A stretch of DNA of 56,810 nt from Singulisphaera sp. GP187 (GTDB lineage: Bacteria > Planctomycetota > Phycisphaerae > Phycisphaerales > SM1A02): NCBI GenBank assembly GCA_945888705.1, contig CAMDAQ010000001.1:1-56810 (forward strand). The letters are read 5' to 3'. A program made the translations under genes and the position numbers. Positions within the stretch are counted from its first letter, which is position 1, and each line of letters starts with the position of its first letter. The notes below the pieces were generated by a model that ran no database searches, was not told the DNA's origin, and was given only the letters and a program-made list of their open reading frames with translations. This document shows positions 26,341 to 35,590 of this stretch, one piece after another.

Positions 26341-28874
26341 GTCTGCTTCCGATGCTGTGTTGGCTGCTGCTTGCACTGCCTGGTGTGGCGCTCGTGCGGC
26401 GTCGAGTGCCGGCGGCGTGGGGTGGCGGCCCTGTGGCGTGGCTCGGCATCGGTTGGATGGCGTCGCTCATCGCGCTTGCACCCGTTGTCGTGGCGGGATA
26501 TCTGCTGCGGCTGCCGACGGGTGTGGTGGCGGTGGTTGCCGCCGGGTTCGTGGGGTGGGGAGCGATCGAACTCGTCCGGCAGCGCGCGTGGCGCGATCTT
26601 CGCGGCAGCGTCACGGTCGTCGCCATCCTCGGGGCGTGCGTCGTCATCGTCGATGCGGTGCTTGCGGAACGCATCGGGGCGATCCTCGACAATGATGCAC
26701 GCGTCCACGTCGCGAGGATCCGCTTCCTCCTCGACCAGGGCTTCTCCAACGTGGATCCGTTCGTGCGGACTCCCGGCCAGTATCCCTATCCGCTCTACCA
26801 CACCAACATCCTGCATGCCGTGCACGCGATCGTGGCCTGGCTGACGGGGCTCGACCCACTTGATGTCTGGTTTGGCTCACTTGGAGCGTCACGCCTGATG
26901 ATCGCCGGTGCCGCCGCGTGGACCGCGTGGGTCATCGTTGGTGGCCGCTGGGCACCATGGATCGCAGCGGTGCTCGTGGTGCTGTCACGCGTCGACTGCG
27001 ACTACACGCTCTATCCCAATCAGCTTGCGCCGTGGTTCGCCTTTCCGATCGCGGTGGGTGGCGTTGCACTCGTGCTGGCGCGGGACGGCCGTGCCTGGCA
27101 CGCCGCGCTTGCGTGCGCGGTTCTGACGCTGGTCGTGGCCATGGTGCACCCGCTCTATGCCGGCTTTGTGCTGGTGATGCTCCTGCCTGTGCTCGGATGC
27201 TCGATGCTGTGGCGCTGGCTGCGTGGCATCGGGAAGCCAGCCACACCATGGGCATGTGCTGCCGGTCTGGTGATCGCCTCGGTCCCTATGTTGGTGGCCG
27301 TGAAGGCCATGACTGCCAATCCGGGACGCGCCGGTGATGTTGCGCCTGCATCGGCCTGGGAGCGAACGCAATGGAAACTCGATGGGACCGCAGGCAGCGA
27401 GTCGCAGGCCGGCAGCGGCGCGCCCGATGCCCTCGGCCGCGCCCGCACGACGGCGATGCACCGTCAAGACGGCTTCACGATGAGCGAGTCCGGCGGCCGC
27501 CGGTTCATCGCGAGGGATTGGGGTCGAGGCTTCACGGGCGGTTTCGGCGGCGTGCGTGCGTGGCGCCTCTGGTCCGCGATCGCCGCGGCGATCCTGGCGC
27601 TCTCCGTGCTCGGCAGGCCGCAGGCAGCCGTGGCGATGGGGTCGATCCTTGTCGTCGTGGGCGTCATGTCGGTTCCGACGCTGTGCACTGCGGCAATTGG
27701 GTTCCTCGGCGCGCAGTGGATGGTGCTGAGATTCGAGGCACTCGCCACGATCCTGTGGTGCATGCTTGCATTCCCGGCCATCGCAGCAAGCCTCGAGCGG
27801 TCGACCCGTACCCGTCGGGCATGGTCGCTCATGGGGGGGCTGGGCACGATGCTGCTCGCCGCATGGGTCGGGGTTGCGAATGCCGGTCGTGACGCACCCG
27901 TGCGGATGGAGCAGTGGTGGCATCGCGCGATGGCCTCGGCAAGTACTCGATGCGGCGCTGCGCTCGATGGTCTGGTTGAGAACCGTGAGTGGATGGAGCA
28001 GGCAATTCCCGATGGGGCCGTGGTCGCCTGCGGTCGGCTGACCGGGACATGGGTCGCCATGCTTCGCGGTCCGGCGCTCGTGTGCAGCGAGCGAAGTTCA
28101 ACCGGAGTCCCTGCCGGAGCAACGCGCACCCGTCACGTGATCGAGATGCTCGACGACCGGACCGACGACGCTCGTCGAGCGGCGCTGTTCAGGCACTACC
28201 GAGTCAGTCACGTGCTGCTCGCCGGTCGAGCGCCCGCCTGGACCGAGTATTGGACCGCCGAGCTCGACACAGGCGAGGGCCATCAAGTGATCGAGCTTCT
28301 GGATGCCCCCGATCCGCGCAAGGTGTGGGAGCGCGAGGTGTCGGATGCCGCGCGCGAGGTGCTTCACGGCTGCGCCGACCACGCGGAGCCGGCGCTCGAG
28401 GCACTCGTCGACGAGCGGCCGCAGTCGTGGCGAGGATGGAACGCGCTGGGCAACGCGCAGTGGGAGCTCGGCCGCGTTCAGGCGGCGGAGCGGTCCTATC
28501 TCGAGGCCCGGCGGTGCGATCCCAGTGAGCCGATGCCGGAACTGATGCTGGGCAACTGCGCTGAATCGCTCGGCCGCCCTTCCGAGGCAGTCACGCGATT
28601 TGAGTCTGCGGAGGCGATCGCCATCGCTGCCGGAGATCCCGGCGTCGCGGCGTCGGCGAGCTTCAACCGAGCCAACGTGCTGCGGCGGCAGGGTCGCCTG
28701 CAGGATGCCGAGTTCGCGTATCGGCGCGCCGTGCTGCTGGATCCGACGCATGCCGGGGCGCAGGAAGAACTGAAGCGGGCCGGACGCTGGAACGCCCCCG
28801 CAGCAGGGCCGGCTGACGAGGGCGACGAAGGCCAGCCAGCTGGCGAGCATGGCACGAGAGGACTCGAGCCGTGA
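26337..28874 (+). CDS. 845-aa polytopic membrane protein with C-terminal TPR repeats (possible GT-C transferase or polymerase)
   Basis: ATGA overlap at 26337-26340. Numerous hydrophobic segments. An acidic ILDNDARVH loop occurs early. The C-terminal TPR-like region is WRGWNALGNAQWELGRVQAAERSYLEARRCDP...FNRANVLRRQGRLQDAEFAYRRAVLLDP. I cannot name a family. Confidence 0.6.
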   Translation: MSLLPMLCWLLLALPGVALVRRRVPAAWGGGPVAWLGIGWMASLIALAPVVVAGYLLRLPTGVVAVVAAGFVGWGAIELVRQRAWRDLRGSVTVVAILGACVVIVDAVLAERIGAILDNDARVHVARIRFLLDQGFSNVDPFVRTPGQYPYPLYHTNILHAVHAIVAWLTGLDPLDVWFGSLGASRLMIAGAAAWTAWVIVGGRWAPWIAAVLVVLSRVDCDYTLYPNQLAPWFAFPIAVGGVALVLARDGRAWHAALACAVLTLVVAMVHPLYAGFVLVMLLPVLGCSMLWRWLRGIGKPATPWACAAGLVIASVPMLVAVKAMTANPGRAGDVAPASAWERTQWKLDGTAGSESQAGSGAPDALGRARTTAMHRQDGFTMSESGGRRFIARDWGRGFTGGFGGVRAWRLWSAIAAAILALSVLGRPQAAVAMGSILVVVGVMSVPTLCTAAIGFLGAQWMVLRFEALATILWCMLAFPAIAASLERSTRTRRAWSLMGGLGTMLLAAWVGVANAGRDAPVRMEQWWHRAMASASTRCGAALDGLVENREWMEQAIPDGAVVACGRLTGTWVAMLRGPALVCSERSSTGVPAGATRTRHVIEMLDDRTDDARRAALFRHYRVSHVLLAGRAPAWTEYWTAELDTGEGHQVIELLDAPDPRKVWEREVSDAAREVLHGCADHAEPALEALVDERPQSWRGWNALGNAQWELGRVQAAERSYLEARRCDPSEPMPELMLGNCAESLGRPSEAVTRFESAEAIAIAAGDPGVAASASFNRANVLRRQGRLQDAEFAYRRAVLLDPTHAGAQEELKRAGRWNAPAAGPADEGDEGQPAGEHGTRGLEP

Positions 28875-29830
28875 ACGAGCATGAGCCCGATGTCTCGATC
28901 GTGATCGTGAGCTACAACACGGTCGACCTCTTGCGGGAGTGCCTGCGATCGATTCCACGATCGGTCGAGCCCTTCACGCACGAGACGATCGTCGTCGACA
29001 ACCTGTCGCGCGATGGGAGCGCCGACATGGTCGAGCGTGAGTTCCCCGGCGTTCGGCTCGTGCGGGCGGAGCGCAACCTAGGCTTTGCCGGCGGGAACAA
29101 CGCGGCATTCAGGATCGCCCGGGGGCGCCTCGTCTACTGCCTCAACCCCGACACCGTGAGCCATCCCGGGTCGCTTGCGACGCTCGTGAGGCTCCTCGAC
29201 GGCGATTCGACGCTCGGGTACGTCGGTCCGAAGCTGCTGAACGCCGATGGGACCCACCAGCTCAGTGCGTATCGCTTCCATACGCCGCTCTCGGGATTCG
29301 TCAGCTGGTCGATGTTGGGGCTCGATCGCCGATACCCGCGTTCGCGTCATTGCCTCACGCTTCACCACCTCCATGGATGCGACACGCCCTTCGAGGTCGA
29401 CTGGCTGACGGGTGCGGCCATCCTGACGCGCCGTTCGATCATCGATCGAGTCGGAGGCTACGACGAGCGCTACTTCCTGTACGCCGAGGAGATCGAGTGG
29501 TGCTGGCGCATGCACCGTGCCGGCTGGCGGGGGTGGTATGAGCCGGGCGCGGTCGTCACGCACGTCCGCGCGGCGAGCACATCGCACCTCGATGACTCGC
29601 ATGCATTCCATGGACATGATCCGTCGCTGCTCATCGAGAGCCATCGCCGCCTGGCGGTGCAGACGCTTGGGCTGCCGGCGGCCGTCGCGTCGCAAGCGCT
29701 GCACCTGGCAGGAGTCACCCTGGCATGGTTGCGCAACGTGCCACCCATGCCACGACGCAGCCCGGGCACGCGGCGCAGGGCCTGGCTGTGGATGCGCTAC
29801 CTCGTCCGACCGACGCCGCGGAGGCGTTGA
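28871..29830 (+). CDS. GT2 glycosyltransferase (rhamnosyltransferase-like subgroup)
   Basis: GTG start overlapping the upstream TGA. VSIVIVSYNTVDLLRECL...VVDNLSRDGS...NLGFAGGNN...LNPDT...YFLYAEEIEWCWR. Confidence 0.85.
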   Translation: MNEHEPDVSIVIVSYNTVDLLRECLRSIPRSVEPFTHETIVVDNLSRDGSADMVEREFPGVRLVRAERNLGFAGGNNAAFRIARGRLVYCLNPDTVSHPGSLATLVRLLDGDSTLGYVGPKLLNADGTHQLSAYRFHTPLSGFVSWSMLGLDRRYPRSRHCLTLHHLHGCDTPFEVDWLTGAAILTRRSIIDRVGGYDERYFLYAEEIEWCWRMHRAGWRGWYEPGAVVTHVRAASTSHLDDSHAFHGHDPSLLIESHRRLAVQTLGLPAAVASQALHLAGVTLAWLRNVPPMPRRSPGTRRRAWLWMRYLVRPTPRRR

Positions 29831-29836
29831 CCACGC

Positions 29837-30481
29837 ATGCCGATCTCACACGCCCATCGCTGCATCTTCATCCACGTGCCAAAGTGCGGCGGAACGAGCA
29901 TTGAGGCTGCCCTTGGCGTGCTCGGTGACTGGCGCCACGAGGACCGCGAGCGGATGTTCGGCCGCATGACGTCGAGCGATCTTCTGGCCATGCGATGCCG
30001 CTCCCGATTCCTGCAGCACCTGACGTGGGATGAACTGCGACGGGTCGTTCCCGAGCGTGAGCGTCGTGGGTACCGCTCGTTCGCGATGGTGCGCCACCCC
30101 TTGACGCGCCTGGAATCCGCGTGGTCCCGGCCCGACCACGACCTTGTCGAGGAGGCTCGCTGGCAGGGCATTCGGCTCGATGGCGTGGGGTTCGCGCGGT
30201 TCGTCGAAGGCGCGCTACGGCTGGATCATCCGCACGTCCGGCCGCAGGTGGAGTACATCGTCGATGCCGCCGGCCGGATCTCGGTCGATGCGCTCGGTCG
30301 CTACGAGCGCTTCGGGGACGACGCTCGCTCGTTGCTGTCGTCGGTCGGCGTTCACCGGAGCCTCGAGCATCGCAACCCGCCGCTCCGGGCGCGCCACGGA
30401 ATCGAGTGGCCAGCCGAGCTGCGCGCGCGTGCCATCGAGCGATATGGCGATGACTTCAGGATCCTGGGGTACGAGCCATGA
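29837..30481 (+). CDS. Sulfotransferase (Sulfotransfer_2-like, carbohydrate sulfotransferase type)
   Basis: The 5'-PSB-like motif is IFIHVPKCGGTS. The 3'-PB-like motif is FAMVRHPLTRLESAW. The size of about 214 aa is typical. Confidence 0.8.
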   Translation: MPISHAHRCIFIHVPKCGGTSIEAALGVLGDWRHEDRERMFGRMTSSDLLAMRCRSRFLQHLTWDELRRVVPERERRGYRSFAMVRHPLTRLESAWSRPDHDLVEEARWQGIRLDGVGFARFVEGALRLDHPHVRPQVEYIVDAAGRISVDALGRYERFGDDARSLLSSVGVHRSLEHRNPPLRARHGIEWPAELRARAIERYGDDFRILGYEP

Positions 30482-31323
30482 TCCTCGTGATGACGCTGCT
30501 CGTGCGCGACGAGGACGACATCCTCGAGGCGAACCTCGCGTTTCACCGAAGCCGGGGCGTGGATCACTTCATCGTGACCGACAACCTGTCGACCGATCGC
30601 ACGCCGGCGATCCTCGCGCGATGGCGCGACAGGGGGCTCGTGACGATCATCGAGGAACGGCAGGACGACTACGCGCAGCACGCATGGGTCACGCGCATGG
30701 CGCGGACGGCGGCTTCGGACTACGGTGCCGACTGGGTGATCAACAACGACGCTGACGAATTCTGGTGGCCCGCCTGCGGCTCGCTCAAGGAAGCACTTGC
30801 ATCGCTGCCGGCCTCCGCCCACGCGGCGGTGGTCGAGCGCACGAACCTCCCCGCGCTCGATGGTGCCGGTCCATTCTGGGAACGCCTCGTCTGGCGTGAT
30901 ACACAATCACGTAACCCGACCGGCGGTCCGCTTGGTCCGAAGGTGGCGCACCGCGGTGATCGCTCCATCGAGGTCGAGCAGGGCAACCACTTCGTGCGTC
31001 AACGCGGTCTCCGGTTGGTACCGGTTCCGGCCCCGATCGAGATCCTGCATGTGCCGTGTCGATCGTGGCCCCAGTTCGAGCGCAAAATCCGACTCGGTGG
31101 CGCGGCGTACGCACGCAACACCAACCTCAAGCCCTCGATCGGCAAGACGTGGCGGGACCTTCACCAGCGGCTGCTCGAAGGGTCGCTGCGTCGTGAGTAC
31201 GACCGGCAGAATCCCGCGGGCACGGAGCATGCCGCGCAGGTCGCCTCTGGCCGCCTCGTTCGTGACGAGCGGCTCCGCGGAGCATTGGGTGAACTCATGC
31301 ACGACGAGGCAGGCGCAGCGTGA
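30478..31323 (+). CDS. Glycosyltransferase family 2-like protein (Glyco_tranf_2_4 type)
   Basis: ATGA overlap. ILVMTLLVRDEDDILEANLAFHRSRGVDHFIVTDNLSTDRT...WVINNDADEFW. This N-terminal pattern is typical of the stand-alone GT2_4/GT92-like group. Confidence 0.6.
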   Translation: MILVMTLLVRDEDDILEANLAFHRSRGVDHFIVTDNLSTDRTPAILARWRDRGLVTIIEERQDDYAQHAWVTRMARTAASDYGADWVINNDADEFWWPACGSLKEALASLPASAHAAVVERTNLPALDGAGPFWERLVWRDTQSRNPTGGPLGPKVAHRGDRSIEVEQGNHFVRQRGLRLVPVPAPIEILHVPCRSWPQFERKIRLGGAAYARNTNLKPSIGKTWRDLHQRLLEGSLRREYDRQNPAGTEHAAQVASGRLVRDERLRGALGELMHDEAGAA

Positions 31324-33041
31324 ACGAAGCCATCGGCCGTGCATGGGCGCTCCTGGGGCCGCGAGACCGTCGCGTGGCCGTGATGCTCTGTGCAGCGATG
31401 CTCGTGTCGGCGGCGCTTGAGTGCGTCGGGCTGGGCCTCGTGTTCCCAGTGCTCGCGCTTCTGTCGGACGATGCATCGATGCTGCGTCATGCGCCCGACA
31501 TCGTGGCGCAGTCCATCGGCTCGATGCCCCGCCCCCGGCTCATCGTGCTGTGCATGGGCGGCCTCGTCGCCATCTATGTCACGAAGGCCATCTTCCGCTG
31601 GACCCTGGTGCGGCAGGTCAATCGGTTCGGCTTCGCGCTGCAGCGCGAACTCTCCACCCGTTTGTTCGGGCGATTCATCTCGCGGCCGTGGGCTTTTCAT
31701 CTCGCTCGGAACACAACCGGTCTGCTGCACGGCGTGACCCATGATGTCGACCAGGTGGCCTTCGGCGTGATCGTTCCGGCACTGTCAGCGGCCAGCGAAC
31801 TGCTGGTGATCGTGGGGGTGACCGCACTGCTGCTGGCCATCGAGCCGGTTGGTGGATTGGCGTGCCTTGGGCTGATCGGTGCTGCGGGCTGGTGGTTCCA
31901 CCGCAACACCGAGGCCCGGGCTGCGGCGCTCGGTCAGCGAAGGCGCGAACTCGACCGCTCACGATTCCGGCTGATTCGCCAAGCGTTGGAAGGCGTCAAG
32001 GAGATCCAGGCGCTCGGCCGCGAGCGCGGTTTCACCGACCTGGTGGATGACGCCTCGTGCCGAAGCGGTGCGATGGGCGCCCAGGTGCAGTCACTGAAGG
32101 ACATGCCGCGGAGCTGGATCGAGGTCCTTGCGGTGCTCGGGTTGGCGACCCTCGTCAGCTCGATGGAGTTGCGTGGTCGCGACCCCGCCTCGGTGCTGGG
32201 GATCGCGGGGCTCTTCGCGATCGCGGTCTTCCGCCTCGTGCCAAGCGGCACGCGGCTCATGTCGAGCGTGCAGCTGATGGTGCTTGCGGCTCCGAGCCTT
32301 CGCGCCGTAGCCAGCGAACTGGCGCAGTCGACCGCTGCACCCACAGGTTCGGTAGGTGATGAGGACTGGACCGCGATCGATGTCGAGGGGGTGTCCTTCC
32401 GCTACGCGGATGATCGTCCGGCCGTGTTCGGGGGTCTCGATGCGCGTGTCGGTCGCGGCGAATCGGTGGGGGTGATCGGAGCGAGCGGCTCGGGAAAGTC
32501 CACGGTCGTGGACCTCGTCCTTGGGCTGCTGCGGCCCTCCGCCGGACGGATCATGATCGGTCGCGTCGATCTGGCCGACTGCACCCGCTGGTGGCAAGCG
32601 CAGGTCGGCTACGTGCCTCAGGCGATCTACCTGATGGATGACTCCATCCGCCGCAACGTCGCCTTCGGCCTTCCCGAGCGTGACATCGACGAGGCGGCCG
32701 TCGTCCGCGCCCTGCGCCTGGCGCGACTCGATGACTTCGTGGCGTCGCTGCCCGACGGCCTGTCCACCGTCGTGGGCGAACGTGGCGTCCGTTTGAGCGG
32801 GGGACAGCGACAGCGCATCGGGATTGCGCGGGCGCTCTACGCACGGCCGACGGTGCTCATCCTCGACGAGGCGACGAGTGCACTCGATCCCGCGACCGAG
32901 GCGGAGCTGCTCCAGGCCATTCACGCGCTGCAGGGCACCGTCACGATGATCGTGGTTGCCCATCGTGAAGCAACCGTCGCGCGGTGCGACCGTGTGCTGC
33001 GCCTCGATGCCGACGGGCTCGCGGAGGCCGGACGTGCCTGA
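31320..33041 (+). CDS. ABC exporter, fused TMD-NBD (MsbA/PglK-type)
   Basis: GTG start overlapping TGA. N-terminal six-helix-type TMD. The NBD has Walker A GASGSGKST, signature LSGGQRQRIGIARAL and Walker B VLILDEATSALD. Confidence 0.9.
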   Translation: MNEAIGRAWALLGPRDRRVAVMLCAAMLVSAALECVGLGLVFPVLALLSDDASMLRHAPDIVAQSIGSMPRPRLIVLCMGGLVAIYVTKAIFRWTLVRQVNRFGFALQRELSTRLFGRFISRPWAFHLARNTTGLLHGVTHDVDQVAFGVIVPALSAASELLVIVGVTALLLAIEPVGGLACLGLIGAAGWWFHRNTEARAAALGQRRRELDRSRFRLIRQALEGVKEIQALGRERGFTDLVDDASCRSGAMGAQVQSLKDMPRSWIEVLAVLGLATLVSSMELRGRDPASVLGIAGLFAIAVFRLVPSGTRLMSSVQLMVLAAPSLRAVASELAQSTAAPTGSVGDEDWTAIDVEGVSFRYADDRPAVFGGLDARVGRGESVGVIGASGSGKSTVVDLVLGLLRPSAGRIMIGRVDLADCTRWWQAQVGYVPQAIYLMDDSIRRNVAFGLPERDIDEAAVVRALRLARLDDFVASLPDGLSTVVGERGVRLSGGQRQRIGIARALYARPTVLILDEATSALDPATEAELLQAIHALQGTVTMIVVAHREATVARCDRVLRLDADGLAEAGRA

Positions 33042-33885
33042 CGCAGCGCTCTCGCGCACGGCCGACTGCGGGATCGTGACGCTCGCCGATGCGCGCTACG
33101 CCCCCGGCGTCGACATGCTGTGCCGGTCCGTCCGCGAAAGCCTCGATCTGCCGGTCGCCTGCTTCGACCTCGGTCTGGGTGCGGCGGTGATCCAGCGGCT
33201 CTGCACGAACCACCCTTCGTTGCGCGTGCTGCCGATGCCAGAGAGCGCCGATCTCTTGGCCGTGCGGCGCGTGTTCGAGTCAGCGGGTCCTCTTGCGAAG
33301 CCCGGCAAGCGCGTCTGGCCGATCTGGGCTTGTCCGTTCCTGATCGCGGCCAGCCCATTCGCGCGGACCTTTTGGATCGATGCCGACATCGTCGTGCTGC
33401 GGCACCTTGCAGGGCTGGTCTCGTTGCTCGACGTTGGACCGGTGCTCACGCCGGAGAACTTCGCACCAGCCGTCACGCCCAACAAGCCAGAGCTCTATCG
33501 GCTGCTGCCCATCGCGCGCCGGTTCGATCCGCTCGAGCCACGGTTGAACGCGGGCATCTCCGGCTGGGATCATGCGCGCGCCGAGGATCGTGCACTGCTC
33601 GACGCCTATTGCCATGCCGTGCGCTCGGCGTGCGCCGATCCTCGGATCGCGAACGCCATCTCCTGGTGGGACCAGGGATCCCTGATCTGGGCGGTGCAGT
33701 CGTGCGGGCTCGAGCATCGGGTAGTGCGGACGAACGCATGGAACCTCTGCATCCGCAACACGCGCGCCAAGGACATCGACGTCGGCTGGGATGATGGCAC
33801 GCTCGCTCGTCTGCGGGACCTCGTCCCCGAGGGCAACCTCCTCCACTGGAACGGGACTGCGCCACCGTGGGGCGTGGTGGCATGA
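33034..33885 (+). CDS. Nucleotide-diphospho-sugar transferase, GT8-like
   Basis: CGIVTLADARYAPGVDMLCRSV... and the DxD-like FWIDADIVVL. The start is uncertain: GTG 33034 overlaps the ABC gene end, and an ATG lies at 33007. Confidence 0.6.
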   Translation: MPDAALSRTADCGIVTLADARYAPGVDMLCRSVRESLDLPVACFDLGLGAAVIQRLCTNHPSLRVLPMPESADLLAVRRVFESAGPLAKPGKRVWPIWACPFLIAASPFARTFWIDADIVVLRHLAGLVSLLDVGPVLTPENFAPAVTPNKPELYRLLPIARRFDPLEPRLNAGISGWDHARAEDRALLDAYCHAVRSACADPRIANAISWWDQGSLIWAVQSCGLEHRVVRTNAWNLCIRNTRAKDIDVGWDDGTLARLRDLVPEGNLLHWNGTAPPWGVVA

Positions 33886-34637
33886 GGTCGTTGGCGTCGT
33901 TGCTGCGGTCGCTCGTCCGTAGCGCAGGAGCGCCGCCTCGTGCGCCCTCACGGCGTGACGGGCTCGACAGCGAGGCGGCCTTCTGGGATGGCTGGCTCGC
34001 GCGACGGGAGCATGCCGGATTCGCGTTCCGGACGGACCCAACCAGCCAACTGCAGCCATGGCTCTGGTGCCACCTCGACTCGACCAGGCCGATCCACCGA
34101 GTGCTCGATGTCGGATCGGGGCCACTCTCGGTGGTCGGACGTGTCGCGCCGGCCGGTCGTCTCGACCTGACCTGTTGCGATCCCCTCGCATCGGTGTACC
34201 ACGCGCTGCTCGCCAAGCACGGCATCACGCCGGTCCACACGATCGATGACGTCGCCGGTGAAGCGCTGGCGCAGCGCTACGGCAACGCATGCTTCGATCT
34301 CGCTCTCTCCAACAATGCCGTTGACCATGGGGCAGCGCCGATCGACGTGCTCCGACAGATGGCGCTTGTCGTCCGCGTTGGAGGTACCGTGCTCGTGCAG
34401 GTGGGTGAGCGCGAGGGCCAGCACGGCGGGTACGTAGGGCTGCACCAGTGGGATTTCTGGGAGGATCGCGGGCGCCTCTGGCTGGCCGCCCGTGCCGGCG
34501 ATCCCGCAGACGTGACGCACGCGCTTGAGCCGTGGCTGGAGCAGCGCTCGATCGAGCGCGTCGACACGAATCCGGCGGGTGTGCGGTGGGATCGACCGCA
34601 CCTGCGCATCGTGTGGCGGCGTCGCGACGCGCACTAG
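33882..34637 (+). CDS. Class I SAM-dependent methyltransferase
   Basis: ATGA overlap at 33882-33885. Motif I is VLDVGSGP. The post-I acidic residue is in LTCCDP, and motif-II-like FDLALSNNAVDH is present. Confidence 0.75.
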   Translation: MRSLASLLRSLVRSAGAPPRAPSRRDGLDSEAAFWDGWLARREHAGFAFRTDPTSQLQPWLWCHLDSTRPIHRVLDVGSGPLSVVGRVAPAGRLDLTCCDPLASVYHALLAKHGITPVHTIDDVAGEALAQRYGNACFDLALSNNAVDHGAAPIDVLRQMALVVRVGGTVLVQVGEREGQHGGYVGLHQWDFWEDRGRLWLAARAGDPADVTHALEPWLEQRSIERVDTNPAGVRWDRPHLRIVWRRRDAH

Positions 34638-35590
34638 TCCTGCGCCGCGACGGGCCGCCCGGCGGTCGAAGGAACCCACGCGCCTTCGAGCAAGCCGATG
34701 CCCCACGCACGCTGCATGCGGGCGCGGACCGCATGCTCCGTGCGTCGTGCAGCGACGTGCCGCGCCGAGCCGATCACGATCCACGCCATGCCTTTCACCG
34801 AGCAGAGCGCCAACGCCGAGACGCGCCCCCGCAGATCACGTTCGATGGGTGCGACGCAGCGTCCAACGCTTCGTTGGCGCCGCACGAGCCACGCCTCGGT
34901 CGCCCGTGAGGGAGGGATCGACTCCACGACCCGCGCCTCGTCGACCCATCGGATGGGCACGCCGCGGTGCGCCAGCCGCTGGAAGAAGTGGCGGTCCTCC
35001 CCGGCGCGCAGGAACCCGGTCGCGAATCGAGGTCCCGCATCGTCCACCAGCGCGGCATCGAAGAGCACGTTGTTGGTGAACGCCCACGGCCTGCGCTCTC
35101 CGGTCGAGTGCACGGCTGCCGCGAAGAACCCCCCATCTATCACCCATGGTGCAGGAGGCTCGACGAACGACGGATCGACTGGGCCAGTCACGATGCCCGG
35201 TCCGAATCGATCGCGCGCGGCGAGCAGTGCCGCCAGCCAGCCGAGTCCAGCGGTTTCGTCGTCATCGATGAACGCGATCAGTCCCGTAGATCCAACAGCC
35301 TGCCGCGCCAGCCCGAGGGCTCGATTGCGAGGGAATGCCACGCCCCGTTGCGGCTCGGTCTCGAGGATCACGTCGATCCCGGTGTCGCGACGCACGCGCG
35401 CGACGACCTCGGCAGGTGCGGGATCGGCAGGATCGTTGCTCACGACGATGGCGACCAGACTGACCCCCGCCGGCAATGTCGAGCGCTGCTCTGCGAGGCT
35501 GCGCAGCGTGGCCTCGAGTCCAGCTGCGCGGTGGAGCGTCGACACGCAGCAGGCGATCGATCGCGCGTCAGGTGCCATGGTGGGTTGCAT
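34634..35590 (-). CDS. GT2 glycosyltransferase (tandem paralogue A)
   Basis: IACCVSTLHRAAGLEATLRSL...IVVSNDP...FPRNRALGLAR...IAFIDDDET...TNNVLF...GEDRHFFQRLAHRGVPIRW. The start is at 35590 or 35578, both overlapping the upstream gene end. Confidence 0.85.
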   Translation of the reverse strand: MQPTMAPDARSIACCVSTLHRAAGLEATLRSLAEQRSTLPAGVSLVAIVVSNDPADPAPAEVVARVRRDTGIDVILETEPQRGVAFPRNRALGLARQAVGSTGLIAFIDDDETAGLGWLAALLAARDRFGPGIVTGPVDPSFVEPPAPWVIDGGFFAAAVHSTGERRPWAFTNNVLFDAALVDDAGPRFATGFLRAGEDRHFFQRLAHRGVPIRWVDEARVVESIPPSRATEAWLVRRQRSVGRCVAPIERDLRGRVSALALCSVKGMAWIVIGSARHVAARRTEHAVRARMQRAWGIGLLEGAWVPSTAGRPVAAQD

